In this document: one piece after another, positions 20,758 through 30,603 of the stretch | Numbering within the stretch: position 1 is the first letter of the stretch | How the letters are laid out: every line of letters starts with the position of its first letter | Origin: an uncultured candidate division Zixibacteria bacterium | Lineage (GTDB): Bacteria; Zixibacteria; MSB-5A5; GN15; FEB-12 | Assembly: GCA_963806185.1 (NCBI GenBank) | Contig: CAWDXE010000007.1 | Location: forward strand, 544,001 to 608,000 | Length of the DNA stretch: 64,000 nt | Direction: 5' to 3' | Notes under the pieces: generated by a model | The model's database searches: none | Told to the model about the DNA's origin: nothing | The model's input: the letters and a program-made list of their open reading frames with translations, nothing else | Program-made: the position numbers and the translations under genes

Positions 20758-21537
20758 ATGTATATGCAATTAATCTGGCAGTCGTCTCTTCTGTTTGCCC
20801 TGGCATTTCTGGGCGGTCTGGCGACGTTAGCCCGGCCCTGGTCGGATGTCCATCTACATCGGTTTGTCTCTTTTGGTGCAGGGATTTTTCTGGGTGCTGT
20901 CTTCATCCATCTCTTGCCGGAGACCATGGCTGGGGACGGAGCCACCGGGGTGGGGATTATGGTACTGACCGGGTATCTCGGGATATTCTTTATCGAGCGA
21001 TTTCTGGTCAGCCGGAAGGGGAACGAGGGGTATGATCACAACCACCTGGTCGTTTCGCTGGCGGCGTTCATCGGCATGTCGGTGCACGAGTTGTTTGACG
21101 GCCTGGCTTTGGCTGTGACGAATACCGATTCAGAGAAGGGGTGGGTGACTTTTGTTGCGATTCTGGCCCACAAGCTTCCCTCGGCCGTAGCGCTGGCTTC
21201 GCTGTTTATTCTCGCCAAGATGCGCCCGCGGCGGATTGTGGGATTTCTGCTGGTGTTTGCCCTGATGACTCCTCTTGGAGCGCTGTTGATGGCGCCTTTT
21301 TTCAGTCAGAGTAACGGTGCGTTGACGGCTCTTTTGACCGGTTTGGTGACCGGATCCTTCTTGTATGTAGCAACGGGAGACCTGCTTCCGGAAGTTTTTC
21401 ATACCCGCGACGACCGGTGGGTGAAGCTGGCGCTGCTCATTCTGGGCATCCTATTGATGGCTTTGTTTGGATTCGCCATTACCGAGCCCGGGCACGAGCA
21501 TACATCCCGCGAACTGATTGGCCTTCAGTGCGTATAA
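20758..21537 (+). CDS. ZIP family divalent metal transporter
   Basis: GAGIFLGAVFIHLLPE, SVHELFDG, LAHKLP and FLYVATGDLLPE motifs. Confidence 0.92.
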   Translation: MYMQLIWQSSLLFALAFLGGLATLARPWSDVHLHRFVSFGAGIFLGAVFIHLLPETMAGDGATGVGIMVLTGYLGIFFIERFLVSRKGNEGYDHNHLVVSLAAFIGMSVHELFDGLALAVTNTDSEKGWVTFVAILAHKLPSAVALASLFILAKMRPRRIVGFLLVFALMTPLGALLMAPFFSQSNGALTALLTGLVTGSFLYVATGDLLPEVFHTRDDRWVKLALLILGILLMALFGFAITEPGHEHTSRELIGLQCV

Positions 21538-21568
21538 GACTCAAACCTTTACGTGAGAGCGAACACCG

Positions 21569-22084
21569 ATGATTCGACAGGCACTCGTTCTGCTGATTGT
21601 CTCCACCGTTTTCGGCCTGGGGGTGAATCTCGTTTCTCCCAACAAGATCGATTATATCGGGCAGTACCGATCCCTGCATACGGGAGAAGGTCCAGTCGTG
21701 CCGCCGGCGGCGATGGAAGGAGACCCGCCGTTCATAGACATAAATCTGGCGCAACTTGAATTTGCCACCAAGTCGTCGCTTTTCGTGGACGCGCGCGATC
21801 TTTCGGAATGGGAATGCGGGACTATCCCGGGGGCGGTTGACGTTCCGTTCGAGGGACTTCCGGAAGGCGAATTGGGGCCGTATCTCGATTCCGCCTTGAC
21901 GTATGCCCCCAAAGACAAGGCGATAATCATATTCTGCTCCGGAGAGGAGTGTGACCTTTCGCTGATGTTGGGGCGCCTGCTTCAAAAAGAAGGGTACACG
22001 AACCTCTCGATTTTCTTCGGGGGGGCGCGCGAGTGGGAGAAGGCTGGCTTTGAAATGGAACGGAGGCAGAAATGCGGCGGCTGA
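21569..22084 (+). CDS. Membrane-anchored rhodanese-domain protein
   Basis: FVDAR, GTIPGA, IIFCSGEECDLS and GGAREW motifs. Confidence 0.88.
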   Translation: MIRQALVLLIVSTVFGLGVNLVSPNKIDYIGQYRSLHTGEGPVVPPAAMEGDPPFIDINLAQLEFATKSSLFVDARDLSEWECGTIPGAVDVPFEGLPEGELGPYLDSALTYAPKDKAIIIFCSGEECDLSLMLGRLLQKEGYTNLSIFFGGAREWEKAGFEMERRQKCGG

Positions 22085-22518
22085 TAGACAACGATTATGT
22101 GACGATGGCCTCACGTCTCATACTGGGGATCATGTTCATATACGCCTCGTTTTACAAGATCATTGAGCCGGCGTCGTTCGCCAAATCGATCTGGTTCTAT
22201 CAAATGGTGCCGGGGAGTCTGATCAATCTGATGGCCCTGATCCTGCCCTGGCTGGAGCTGCTGGCCGGGTTGGCGCTGATTTTCGGAGTGACGTATCGTG
22301 GCGCCGTTCTCTGGATGAATGTCATGCTGGTCATCTTTATAGTCGCCTTGGCGAGCACGATCGCCCGGGGTCTGAGTGTCGATTGCGGCTGTTTTAAGCA
22401 AGCCAGATCGGCAACCGGGCCGGCTTGGGAGGCGCTGATCCGTGATCTCGGTATGATAATTCTCGGGGCGCAACTCTGGTTCAGCCGATCGCGACGATGG
22501 ATGATCGGCCGCAACTGA
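22072..22518 (+). CDS. MauE/DoxX-family membrane protein
   Basis: RLILG...YASFYKI, LPWLELLAG and ARGLSVDCGCF motifs. Confidence 0.88.
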   Translation: MRRLIDNDYVTMASRLILGIMFIYASFYKIIEPASFAKSIWFYQMVPGSLINLMALILPWLELLAGLALIFGVTYRGAVLWMNVMLVIFIVALASTIARGLSVDCGCFKQARSATGPAWEALIRDLGMIILGAQLWFSRSRRWMIGRN

Positions 22519-23826
22519 TCATTTCAGAATATGCGGCGTAATCAGGATGATGAGATCGGTCGTCGTCTTTTCTTTGGACTTATTGGTGAACAGCAGCGAA
22601 CCGAGTATCGGAATATGGCCGAGCAGCGGTACGCGTTGGATGCGCTCGATCTGATTTTCCTTCAATAATCCGCCCAGAGCTATTGACTCACCATCTTTCA
22701 CCGTAATTCTCGTTTTCAGCGACCGTTCCGTCGTGATCGGGCGTTGATTGTCGATCGGTCCGGTATAGCCGATGATGTCCTCGATGTGCGGGGCGACTTC
22801 GAGAGTGAGCGTGCCTTCTTCATTGATGCGCGGCGTCACCTTAAGCGAGATGCCTACCTCTTCGTCCTGGAACGAGACGATGTCCTGAATGACCGCTCCT
22901 TCGCTGAAGCGATTGAGCGTCTGGATCGGTATGACCGTGGCGATTTTGATTTCGGCTTCCTGGTTTTCGGTAGTGGTGATTTTCGGGTCGGAAATCAGTT
23001 TGCTGTTGCCGTCACGACTCAGCAGATTCAGCACGAGGTTCATTTGCTGGATTGAGAGTTTGCCCCAGGTCCAGCGTTTTTGCTCGAGGTCAAAAGCGCC
23101 GAGATCATTCTGTGAAGTCGTGGTGGTGGACGTTTCGGTGGAGGTCGTACCCGCTACGTCGCCGCCGCGAGTGGTGACGGTACTGGGCCAGAGGAACCCC
23201 AGGTCGCGATCTGAATCGAGCTGGGTTTCAATGATCTTGGCTTCAATCAGGATCACTCGTTCGGCCACGTCAAGTTGAGAGATGACTTTCAAGGCTTGTT
23301 CGATGACCGCCGGGTAGTCGGTAATGATGAGGCGGTTGGCCTGATAGGTGCTTTTCGCCGCTTGCGCGTCGGCGCCTTCGGCGACCTTGTCCAAGACAAC
23401 CACTTTGCCGCCGGCCGACAGGCACGACGTCAACGCTTTAGCGACCATGGTAGGGTCGGCGTAACGGAGCGTGATAACACGCGACGACAATTCGGCGCCC
23501 ATGCCCTCAGCGGCGCTCTTGATGATGATCACGTCACCTTTCAAATAGTAGGTCATGCCGTTGGCCGACAAAATTGCGTCAAGGGCAGTGGCCAGGTCGA
23601 CACTGTCGAGGCGAAGGGTGACCTGCTCTTTCAGGTCCGGTGAGAAGACCATGTTCAAGCTATGTTGCTGAGCGATTGAACTCAGTACCGAGGTCAGCGG
23701 TACCCCTTTGAGATCGAGGGAAAGAGTCTTGCCGTCGTCCAGCGGTCCCGCGGCTGCGGTGTCAAATTGCATTGCTGAAAAGAAGAGTATCAGCAGAGGC
23801 GCGAGTAGGATTATGGTGCGTTTCAT
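22519..23826 (-). CDS. Secretin (PilQ/GspD family)
   Basis: ILIEAKIIE, ISDPKITT, VGISLKVTPRI and VPLLGHIPILGSLLF motifs. Confidence 0.93.
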   Translation of the reverse strand: MKRTIILLAPLLILFFSAMQFDTAAAGPLDDGKTLSLDLKGVPLTSVLSSIAQQHSLNMVFSPDLKEQVTLRLDSVDLATALDAILSANGMTYYLKGDVIIIKSAAEGMGAELSSRVITLRYADPTMVAKALTSCLSAGGKVVVLDKVAEGADAQAAKSTYQANRLIITDYPAVIEQALKVISQLDVAERVILIEAKIIETQLDSDRDLGFLWPSTVTTRGGDVAGTTSTETSTTTTSQNDLGAFDLEQKRWTWGKLSIQQMNLVLNLLSRDGNSKLISDPKITTTENQEAEIKIATVIPIQTLNRFSEGAVIQDIVSFQDEEVGISLKVTPRINEEGTLTLEVAPHIEDIIGYTGPIDNQRPITTERSLKTRITVKDGESIALGGLLKENQIERIQRVPLLGHIPILGSLLFTNKSKEKTTTDLIILITPHILK

Positions 23827-23838
23827 TATGCGTGCCCT

Positions 23839-24312
23839 TTAGCGCGGGGTGACAGTCAATTGTTTACCGGCCGCTTCCAGCGTCACCGACGACTTGGTTA
23901 TCGCTATGACCCTGGCATTGTCAATGGTTTGGCCAACTGTGACCGCTTTGCCGTTTATGTATGCAATCGGATTGGTATCGTTGTAGAGTATGCCGCTGAC
24001 GATCCAGCCGGCTGACTTTGGGGCGGTTGGCGCGTCTCCAGCTTTGAGCCGGCGCTCGGTGCGCTGTGGTAGAGGACGTGAGCCGTAGCGAAAGGGATCG
24101 CGGCCCCATGGAGCGGCCAGGCGGGCAGGTCGATTATGGACGGTCGCATTGACTGCCGGCGATGGAATCGCAGCCGCAAGTGAGGCGACGGCCGCCGGCT
24201 GGTTGTTCACGGTCGGAGCGGCCGGCTCATTTGTCTGCCAATTGTACAGGGCATAGAGCAAGGCCAGGGGTAGAGTCAGGAATACCAGCTTCTTTCGGAG
24301 GGAAGCACTCAT
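23839..24312 (-). CDS. Pilus accessory protein (PilP/MshK-like)
   Basis: TM anchor, GRDPF motif, VSGILY...AYING...GQTI; lies before the secretin. Confidence 0.65.
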   Translation of the reverse strand: MSASLRKKLVFLTLPLALLYALYNWQTNEPAAPTVNNQPAAVASLAAAIPSPAVNATVHNRPARLAAPWGRDPFRYGSRPLPQRTERRLKAGDAPTAPKSAGWIVSGILYNDTNPIAYINGKAVTVGQTIDNARVIAITKSSVTLEAAGKQLTVTPR

Positions 24313-24869
24313 GACGATCCCTCCGACTCGCCCAGTAAGGCGCGGAAGCCGAAGGTGCATTGTAGACGATCGGGTTCGGCGTTTTCGTCGAGAATCTGAC
24401 AGGCGGTGGCTCCGCGGAAATAGGGAGCGGTTTCCAGGTTGAGCACGAAGCGCGAGAAGCTGTAGTAGTCGCCCCGCAGTTTCATCGTGATGTTCAGGAA
24501 TGCCGGATCACCCTGATTCTGCACTGATCGATTGAGTGTCAGCAGTTCCTCAATGGGCGGCGTGATGGCAGTGACGGAGAGGCCCTGCAAGCGTGCGTCG
24601 GCCTCAAGTTTGTCAAACAGCTTCGAGTAAGTCGCCTTTGCGTACAGACTGGAGCGTTGGTGCCGCTTTTGTTATCCAAATCCCCTTGGCCATCATGAGA
24701 GTCGGGAGCTGCGCGATCGTGGAATTATAGTCGGCGATTTCGGCCTTGGCCGCGGCAGTTTGCGCCGAAGTATCGGCCATCTGTCGGGTGAGTGGCATCC
24801 AGGCGAAGAAGAGCCAGGCGAGAGTCAGGCCGACGGCGCCGATTATGATGGTGGTAGTTTGTGTTTCAT
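24309..24869 (-). CDS. PilO-like pilus assembly protein (frameshifted)
   Basis: Fragments 24613-24798 and 24309-24590; TM, coiled coil and ITMKLRGDYYSFSRFVLNLE; frameshifts near 24860 and 24600-24690. Confidence 0.7.
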
Positions 24870-26515
24870 AGCCCGGCCTTCATTTCCAGTTCAAAGTCGA
24901 GCAGCATCACGCCGTCCACGTTGCGCGGCGCATAGTGGATGATGTGTGACGTCGTCGAAAAAGTCAGATCCGCCAAGATTCTCGACAAACTCAGCCAGAA
25001 CGACTTCCGGGGGCACGCCGTCAGCCAGCACGGAGCCGTAGATAGAGAAATTACGGCCATGGTCGGCGACTGCTGTCCTATCTGGACGAAAGCGAACGGC
25101 CGGAGGCGTGATCGTGGTGAGTTCTTTGAGTACCACCCGAGATAGCTGGGCTGGGCTTTGGCCTGTTCGAGGTAATTCTGGCTGGCGGCGATCTGCAGTT
25201 TTATCGTTGATAACTGCTGTACAGATCAGACGCCTTGAAGTCGGCCAGCCTGCGTGATGAAGCTCGGCTAGTTGCTTGTGTTCGTTCGCGAGCAGGATAG
25301 ATCGCTGGGCCCAGAAGAGCGCCATGACGGCCAGGCAGGCGGCGATGCCGGCTGATGATACGCCTTTCCAGTCGAATGACGCCGCAGAGAGTACCTTTGT
25401 CTGCGGTCGGGCAGGAGGTCCGGCATTACGGCGGTGTTGACCGCGGCGGCGACGACGGGACAAGCAGACGCCGAGCGGCGTTTCGGTCTCGACGGGGTGG
25501 TTTTTGAGGAATTTCAGCTGCTCGACGGGAAAACGCTCTGAATTCCAGTTCAAAGCGGTTGTCGAGAAGCTCGATGAGGTCGTCAGAGTAGGCCAGATCG
25601 CCATAGATGTAGAGCTGGCTGCCGAACCGGCTGGCAAATTGCCCGGAATAATAGTCGAGCGAGTTCTGAATCTCGGAGGCCAGTGATTCAGCAAAGTACT
25701 CGAACATGGTTGGATCGGTTCGGTTGGCCAGGAAGGATGAACCGACCGACAATATGTGGGAAAACTCGAGGTTTGATCCCTTGAAGTACGATATCTTCGG
25801 AGCGCGTGCGTTCGATGTTTATGAGGGCATAATTTGCCTGTGCCGAGAAATCAGGCAGTTGCCGCATTAATTGCCCAATGACATCCTGTGCCAGGACGCA
25901 CGCCTGGACAGGCAGGCCCAACGTCCTAAAGGGCTGCAACCGGTCGTCGATGAGCTGCCGAGTTGCACCGACCAATGAGATGCGGAATTTCTTCGACTCG
26001 GCAGCAGCGTATTTCCATGTGACGCGATGGTCAAACCAGCAGTCGGTGATCGGAAAGGGAAGAGTCTTGCGCGCTTGGAAATTGACGGAGGCGGCCAAGG
26101 CTTTCCGGCCGAGGGCCGGGAGAGTCAGTTGGCGAAAAGCGGTCTCAGGACCGCCAATGGCAATCGTGATCATCGATGGACGGCCAAGTTCCTGAACAAT
26201 CTCGTCCACGGTCCGGGTGATAAAGGCTTGGCGCAATTCCGAAGTGGCTATCGCCGCGGACGGAAAGTAGATCTTGCGCACGTCAATGATTTTGCTTCGC
26301 TTTCCGAAACGGGAGGCCATAGCCACCTGAATGGCCTGTTCGTCGACGGCGACAGCCATCTGGCAGCCGAAAAGAAGAAGATGTCGCGGGTTCACCGGAA
26401 CCTCAGGCGTGCCGCCATTCGGTTCGGCTGGGCCGTTCAAATCCCCATGGGGAACGGAGGCCGCATCTTCGGTCGGCCGTATCCGCGAGAGAAGGTGTTT
26501 AATAGCCGTTGTCAA
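24866..26515 (-). CDS. PilM-like actin-fold protein apparently fused to a PilN-like module (multiple frameshifts)
   Basis: FRQLTLP, ARKTLPFPI and LASEIQNSLDYY (PilM-like), then MPDLLP, a TM and LKELTTITP...FVENLGGSDFF (PilN-like), spread over several frames. Confidence 0.7.
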
Positions 26516-26979
26516 AACGTCACAATAATGCTGTCGCTGCCGCCGATCGAAATGATGCGGCGACTGGCGGGTTGATAGACGTAATTGACGCCCCAGGCGT
26601 CCTTCAAGTATTCCCCCCCGGAACTATCGACATACGGTCCGTTCCAGCCGAGACGAGAGAGCCGGTTGTAGGCGGACAACGAATCCGGCCGACGGGCGAG
26701 ATCCCGCAACTGAGCGGGGAGGAATCCGACGTCGCCCTCGAAGCCGCGATCGATGTACTCGCCGCCGGCGACGACGGCCGGATTGCCGATGATGGCACCC
26801 TTGAGGGAATTCAATTCCTCTCTGGTCGCCGTCACTTTTGAACTCGAAAAGAGGGTTCCGAATTTGGGCAAGGCGACGGTCGCAACTATGCCGAGAGCCA
26901 CAATTACGATAACAAGCTCGATCAGGGTGAAACCTCCCTGGTCGAGCTTGTCAGCGACTTGACGTCGACCGTGTTGCAT
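26512..26979 (-). CDS. Type IV pilin / pseudopilin
   Basis: G|FTLIELVIVIVALGIVA class III signal; WNGPY and DAWG motifs. Confidence 0.9.
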   Translation of the reverse strand: MQHGRRQVADKLDQGGFTLIELVIVIVALGIVATVALPKFGTLFSSSKVTATREELNSLKGAIIGNPAVVAGGEYIDRGFEGDVGFLPAQLRDLARRPDSLSAYNRLSRLGWNGPYVDSSGGEYLKDAWGVNYVYQPASRRIISIGGSDSIIVTF

Positions 26980-26996
26980 ATTGCTGCTGCGCCGGT

Positions 26997-27428
26997 CTAG
27001 AAGTTGTTCTCACCCGCGACGTTGGTGTTGGGCCATATTTCGCCGGTGGAAGCCAGGTAAGCCCAGCCGCCGCGCGCGCCGACAACGACGCCCTTCGTGA
27101 CGCCGGTGACGATTGAATCAGGAGCGTTGGCTTCGCTCTGATACGGATTCGGCGGAAGGGACTGCTGCATGACCGTGCCGCTGGTCCGGAGTTCCGCAAC
27201 TGTCGGCCAGGTGGCCGTGCCGGTGGTCACCGCCTTGTTGGCGTAGAAGATGGTGATGCCCGAACGGAGCGCGCCGAGCGAACCTTTGCAGGCAGCTTCT
27301 TTCGCCTCGCCGGTAATGTCCTGGTACTTGGGAATTGCGACGGCCGCGAGAATGCCGAGCACGACAATGATGATGACGAGCTCAATCAACGTAAAACCGC
27401 GCGACCCATTCAGTTTATTAGACCGCAT
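26997..27428 (-). CDS. Probable major type IV pilin (MshA-like)
   Basis: G|FTLIELVIIIVVLGILAAVAIPKYQD; GGAGG RBS before ATG 27428; own promoter candidate. Confidence 0.9.
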   Translation of the reverse strand: MRSNKLNGSRGFTLIELVIIIVVLGILAAVAIPKYQDITGEAKEAACKGSLGALRSGITIFYANKAVTTGTATWPTVAELRTSGTVMQQSLPPNPYQSEANAPDSIVTGVTKGVVVGARGGWAYLASTGEIWPNTNVAGENNF

Positions 27429-27483
27429 GTCGTCCTCCATAGTCCGCAAGAGGGGCTATAATTGTTTATTGTTCTCCATGAGA

Positions 27484-27511
27484 GTATCGGCCTGATCCCG
27501 TATTCTCTTTA
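27484..27511 (-). promoter_or_regulatory. Sigma28-like promoter upstream of major pilin
   Basis: TAAA-N16-GCCGATAC on minus strand. Confidence 0.6.
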
Positions 27512-27517
27512 GGGCGG

Positions 27518-28732
27518 CTATTTGCTGAAGACGTGGATTAAGTTCCACATTGGCAGGAAGATGGCCAGAGCCAGAATCAGGACAAGGGCGCCGAGAACGA
27601 GAGTCAGAATAGGCTCGATAATAGCCGTCAGGTGACGCGAGGTATACATCACCTGCTTGGTATAGTGGTCGCCGGTCTCCTTAAGCATCGTCTCCAGATT
27701 TCCGGATTCGAGACCGATGGCGATCATTTGCAGTGCCTGCTGCGGGAAGTGCCTGAATTGACCTTCGACCTCGTTCAATTCCTTGCCACGGCGGAAAAGT
27801 TCATCCAGGCTTTTCACCTCGAGCGCGAAGGCCGTGTTCCTGAGTGTTGCGGTGAGGATATCCAGACAACGAATGACCGGCAGACCGGCGTTGAAGAGGA
27901 TTCGGAACATCAGGCAGAAGCGAGCGGTGTTGCCCCGAATGACGAGGTCTCCCAGAACCGGTAACGTGAGCATCTTGCGATCCCACCACAGTCTGCCTTT
28001 GGGCGAGGCGAGCAGTCGGCGAAAACCGTAAAAAATCAGTCCGAGGGCCGCCAGCATCACCATCCAGTAAGTGGAAGCAAAGTGACTGACGGCAATGATC
28101 AGGCGCGTCGGCAGCGGCAACTGGGATCCGAACGCGGCGTAAAACGAGACGAAACGGGGGACGACGAAGATCATAAGGACGGCAATGGCCGCAAAGATGA
28201 CGCTCATGACAATCAAGGGATACCGCACGGCCGACTTGATTTCGCGGGTCAACTCGAGTTCGCGTTCCAGCATGAGCGCCATTTCATCGAGGGTCATATC
28301 GAGCTTGCCGGACTCTTCGCCGGCGGCAATACTGGCGGTATACACCTTGTTGAAGTACTGCGGATGTTCCGCCATGGCTTCGGAGAGGGACTTGCCCGAT
28401 TGCACGGCCGTTCGGATAGTTTCGATGGTTTGATTAAACGGGCCGATGGCACGGCCGATCCGGACGATCGAGAGGATGCGAAGGAGCGGGATGCCGGCTC
28501 GATACATGGTAGCCACGGAATTGGTGAACATGATGAGCAGTTCGTAATCCTGCTTTCGGCTAAATGCGAAAACCGAAAATGGCCTTGCGTCGCGGACGGC
28601 CGTGATGGACACAGGCAGGAGCTGCTGGCCGCCCAGATACTCTTCGACCTGTTCCGACCCTACGGCGGTGATAGTGCCGGTCCGCTCGCGTCCCTCGGCA
28701 GTAACCGCCCGGTACTTAAATCGGGTCTGCAT
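27518..28732 (-). CDS. Type IV pilus platform protein (PilC/GspF/MshG)
   Basis: AGIPL, GKSLSEAM, AGEESGKL, SAVRYP, IEPIL and AIFLPMW motifs. Confidence 0.94.
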   Translation of the reverse strand: MQTRFKYRAVTAEGRERTGTITAVGSEQVEEYLGGQQLLPVSITAVRDARPFSVFAFSRKQDYELLIMFTNSVATMYRAGIPLLRILSIVRIGRAIGPFNQTIETIRTAVQSGKSLSEAMAEHPQYFNKVYTASIAAGEESGKLDMTLDEMALMLERELELTREIKSAVRYPLIVMSVIFAAIAVLMIFVVPRFVSFYAAFGSQLPLPTRLIIAVSHFASTYWMVMLAALGLIFYGFRRLLASPKGRLWWDRKMLTLPVLGDLVIRGNTARFCLMFRILFNAGLPVIRCLDILTATLRNTAFALEVKSLDELFRRGKELNEVEGQFRHFPQQALQMIAIGLESGNLETMLKETGDHYTKQVMYTSRHLTAIIEPILTLVLGALVLILALAIFLPMWNLIHVFSK

Positions 28733-30458
28733 GAGTCACCTCGGTCGAGCGCGGCTGGCCGTAGCTGGCAAAGTAATCTTCGATGTTGGATGTTTCCTTG
28801 AGGAGTTCTTCGAGACAGACGCGCCCCTCGTTCACCGATTGCAGTCCGGCTTCGAAGAGTGGAAGGTACCCGTGGCGGCGGCCCACATCGCGAATAAGGC
28901 GAAGCGAGCTATTGCTGAGAATCAGTTCGGCAATCGGCTGGCTGATTTCCAGATATTCAAAAACGCCGGTCATCCCGGAGAAACCGGTGCCCTTGCATTG
29001 CGCGCAGCCGATCCCTTTGTAAAACGTGATCGTGCCGGCGATTTCGCGGATGCCGGCGCGATCGAGTAAGGTTTCCGATGGGGTGTAGGTTTCGTTGCAG
29101 TGAGGGCAATTGGTCCTCACCAGGCGCTGCGCAAGCACCCCTTTGATGGCCGCGGCCAGAAGGTACGGCTCGACACCCATGTCGATAAGGCGGGTGATGG
29201 CGGACGGTGCATCGTTGGTGTGAATGGTCGAGAAGACCAGGTGTCCGGTGAGGGCCGACCGGATGGCCATCCGGGCCGTTTCCGTGTCGCGGATTTCGCC
29301 GATCATGACGACATCGGGATTCTGGCGGAGAATGGCACGCAGGGCAGAGGGGAATGTCAGGCCGGCTTTCTCGTTGATCTGAATCTGGTTGATCAACGGA
29401 AGGGAATACTCCACCGGGTCTTCGACGGTAATGATGTTCTTCTCTATGGAATTGATTTCCTGCAGAGTGGTGTACAGGGTCGATGTCTTTCCGCTCGAGG
29501 TCGGTCCCGAGATGAGGATGAGTCCTTCCGGTTTGCGAATGATATGGCCCCAAAATTCAATCAAACGTTCGGTGAAGCCGAGCTGGCGGAAATTCAGGCG
29601 CAGATTGCGGCGATCGAGAATGCGGATGACGATTTTCTCGCCGTGGATGGTCGGCAGGGTGGAAATGCGAAGGTCGATCGGGGTGCCTTCGACTTTCATG
29701 ATGAAGCGACCGTCCTGCGGCAGTCGTTTCTCCGAGACGTCGAGATCGGCGGCGATCTTGATGCGCGAGATGACTTCGCTCTGCATCGATTTGGGAGGCG
29801 CGGCTTCCTCGCGCATGACGCCGTTGATCCGGTAGCGGATACGCAGCGTGGCCTCATCCGGCTCGATGTGAATGTCGCTGGCCCGTTCGGATACCGCCCG
29901 CGCGATAATCAGGTTGACCAATTTGATGATCGGCGACTCAGCTTCGAGTTTTTCCTCGATCGCTTCCTTCTCGGCCAGATCAATTTCGGTGGTGTCACGA
30001 TGTCCGCCGATGAGATGGTTCAGGGAGTCGGCCACCGAGTAGTACTGATCAATGGCGTGTCGTATCTCCTGACTGGTGGCGATGGCGCGCTTGATATCGC
30101 TGCGGGTCTGGTATTTGATTTCGTCGATAGCGATAATGTTGAGCGGATCGGCCATGGCGAGCGTCAGCGTATTGCCGATGGCGAAGATGGGGATGACGGT
30201 ATAGCGCCGCGCGACGTCGACACTGACGCGCTGAATGACAGCGGGATCGATGACCATCTGGGCGAGTGAAACCTTGGGAATGTCCAGGCGTTCGCTGACG
30301 GTGTCCATCAACTGATCTTCACTGATCAGCCCGCTCTCGACGAGAATCTGTCCCAATCGCTTGCCGGTCGCGGCCTGAAGTCGCAATCCTTCTTCAAGTT
30401 GATTCGAGGAGATCAGGCCCCGGTCGACGAGCAAATCACCGATCTTTTTTCTTGCCAT
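28716..30458 (-). CDS. Type IV pilus assembly ATPase (PilB/GspE/MshE) with MshEN domain
   Basis: ASDIHIEP, GPTSSGKT Walker A, LRQNPD..IGEIRD, CxxC pairs; N-terminal KIGDLL/RLGQIL repeats. Confidence 0.95.
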   Translation of the reverse strand: MARKKIGDLLVDRGLISSNQLEEGLRLQAATGKRLGQILVESGLISEDQLMDTVSERLDIPKVSLAQMVIDPAVIQRVSVDVARRYTVIPIFAIGNTLTLAMADPLNIIAIDEIKYQTRSDIKRAIATSQEIRHAIDQYYSVADSLNHLIGGHRDTTEIDLAEKEAIEEKLEAESPIIKLVNLIIARAVSERASDIHIEPDEATLRIRYRINGVMREEAAPPKSMQSEVISRIKIAADLDVSEKRLPQDGRFIMKVEGTPIDLRISTLPTIHGEKIVIRILDRRNLRLNFRQLGFTERLIEFWGHIIRKPEGLILISGPTSSGKTSTLYTTLQEINSIEKNIITVEDPVEYSLPLINQIQINEKAGLTFPSALRAILRQNPDVVMIGEIRDTETARMAIRSALTGHLVFSTIHTNDAPSAITRLIDMGVEPYLLAAAIKGVLAQRLVRTNCPHCNETYTPSETLLDRAGIREIAGTITFYKGIGCAQCKGTGFSGMTGVFEYLEISQPIAELILSNSSLRLIRDVGRRHGYLPLFEAGLQSVNEGRVCLEELLKETSNIEDYFASYGQPRSTEVTHADPI

Positions 30459-30496
30459 TACTGCAGCGCCAACTATGGTTACAGGTTGTTCCTCCT

Positions 30497-30524
30497 GTAT
30501 CGGTAGGGGCAGTTGACCCCTTGA
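30497..30524 (-). promoter_or_regulatory. Sigma28-like promoter upstream of pilus operon
   Basis: TCAA-N16-ACCGATAC on minus strand. Confidence 0.5.
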
Positions 30525-30603
30525 GCCGGTCAAGGAGACGGCGTTAAGGGGCCGACAGGCCGGTTGGGCTGGGGCGGGAAATTTCGAACTGCTATAAGGG
30601 TCT

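Noticed and set aside
29100..30269. 389-aa plus-strand ORF, and similar long antisense ORFs such as 1120-2091 and 53653-54585
   Set aside because: Shadow frames of conserved genes, common in GC-rich DNA.
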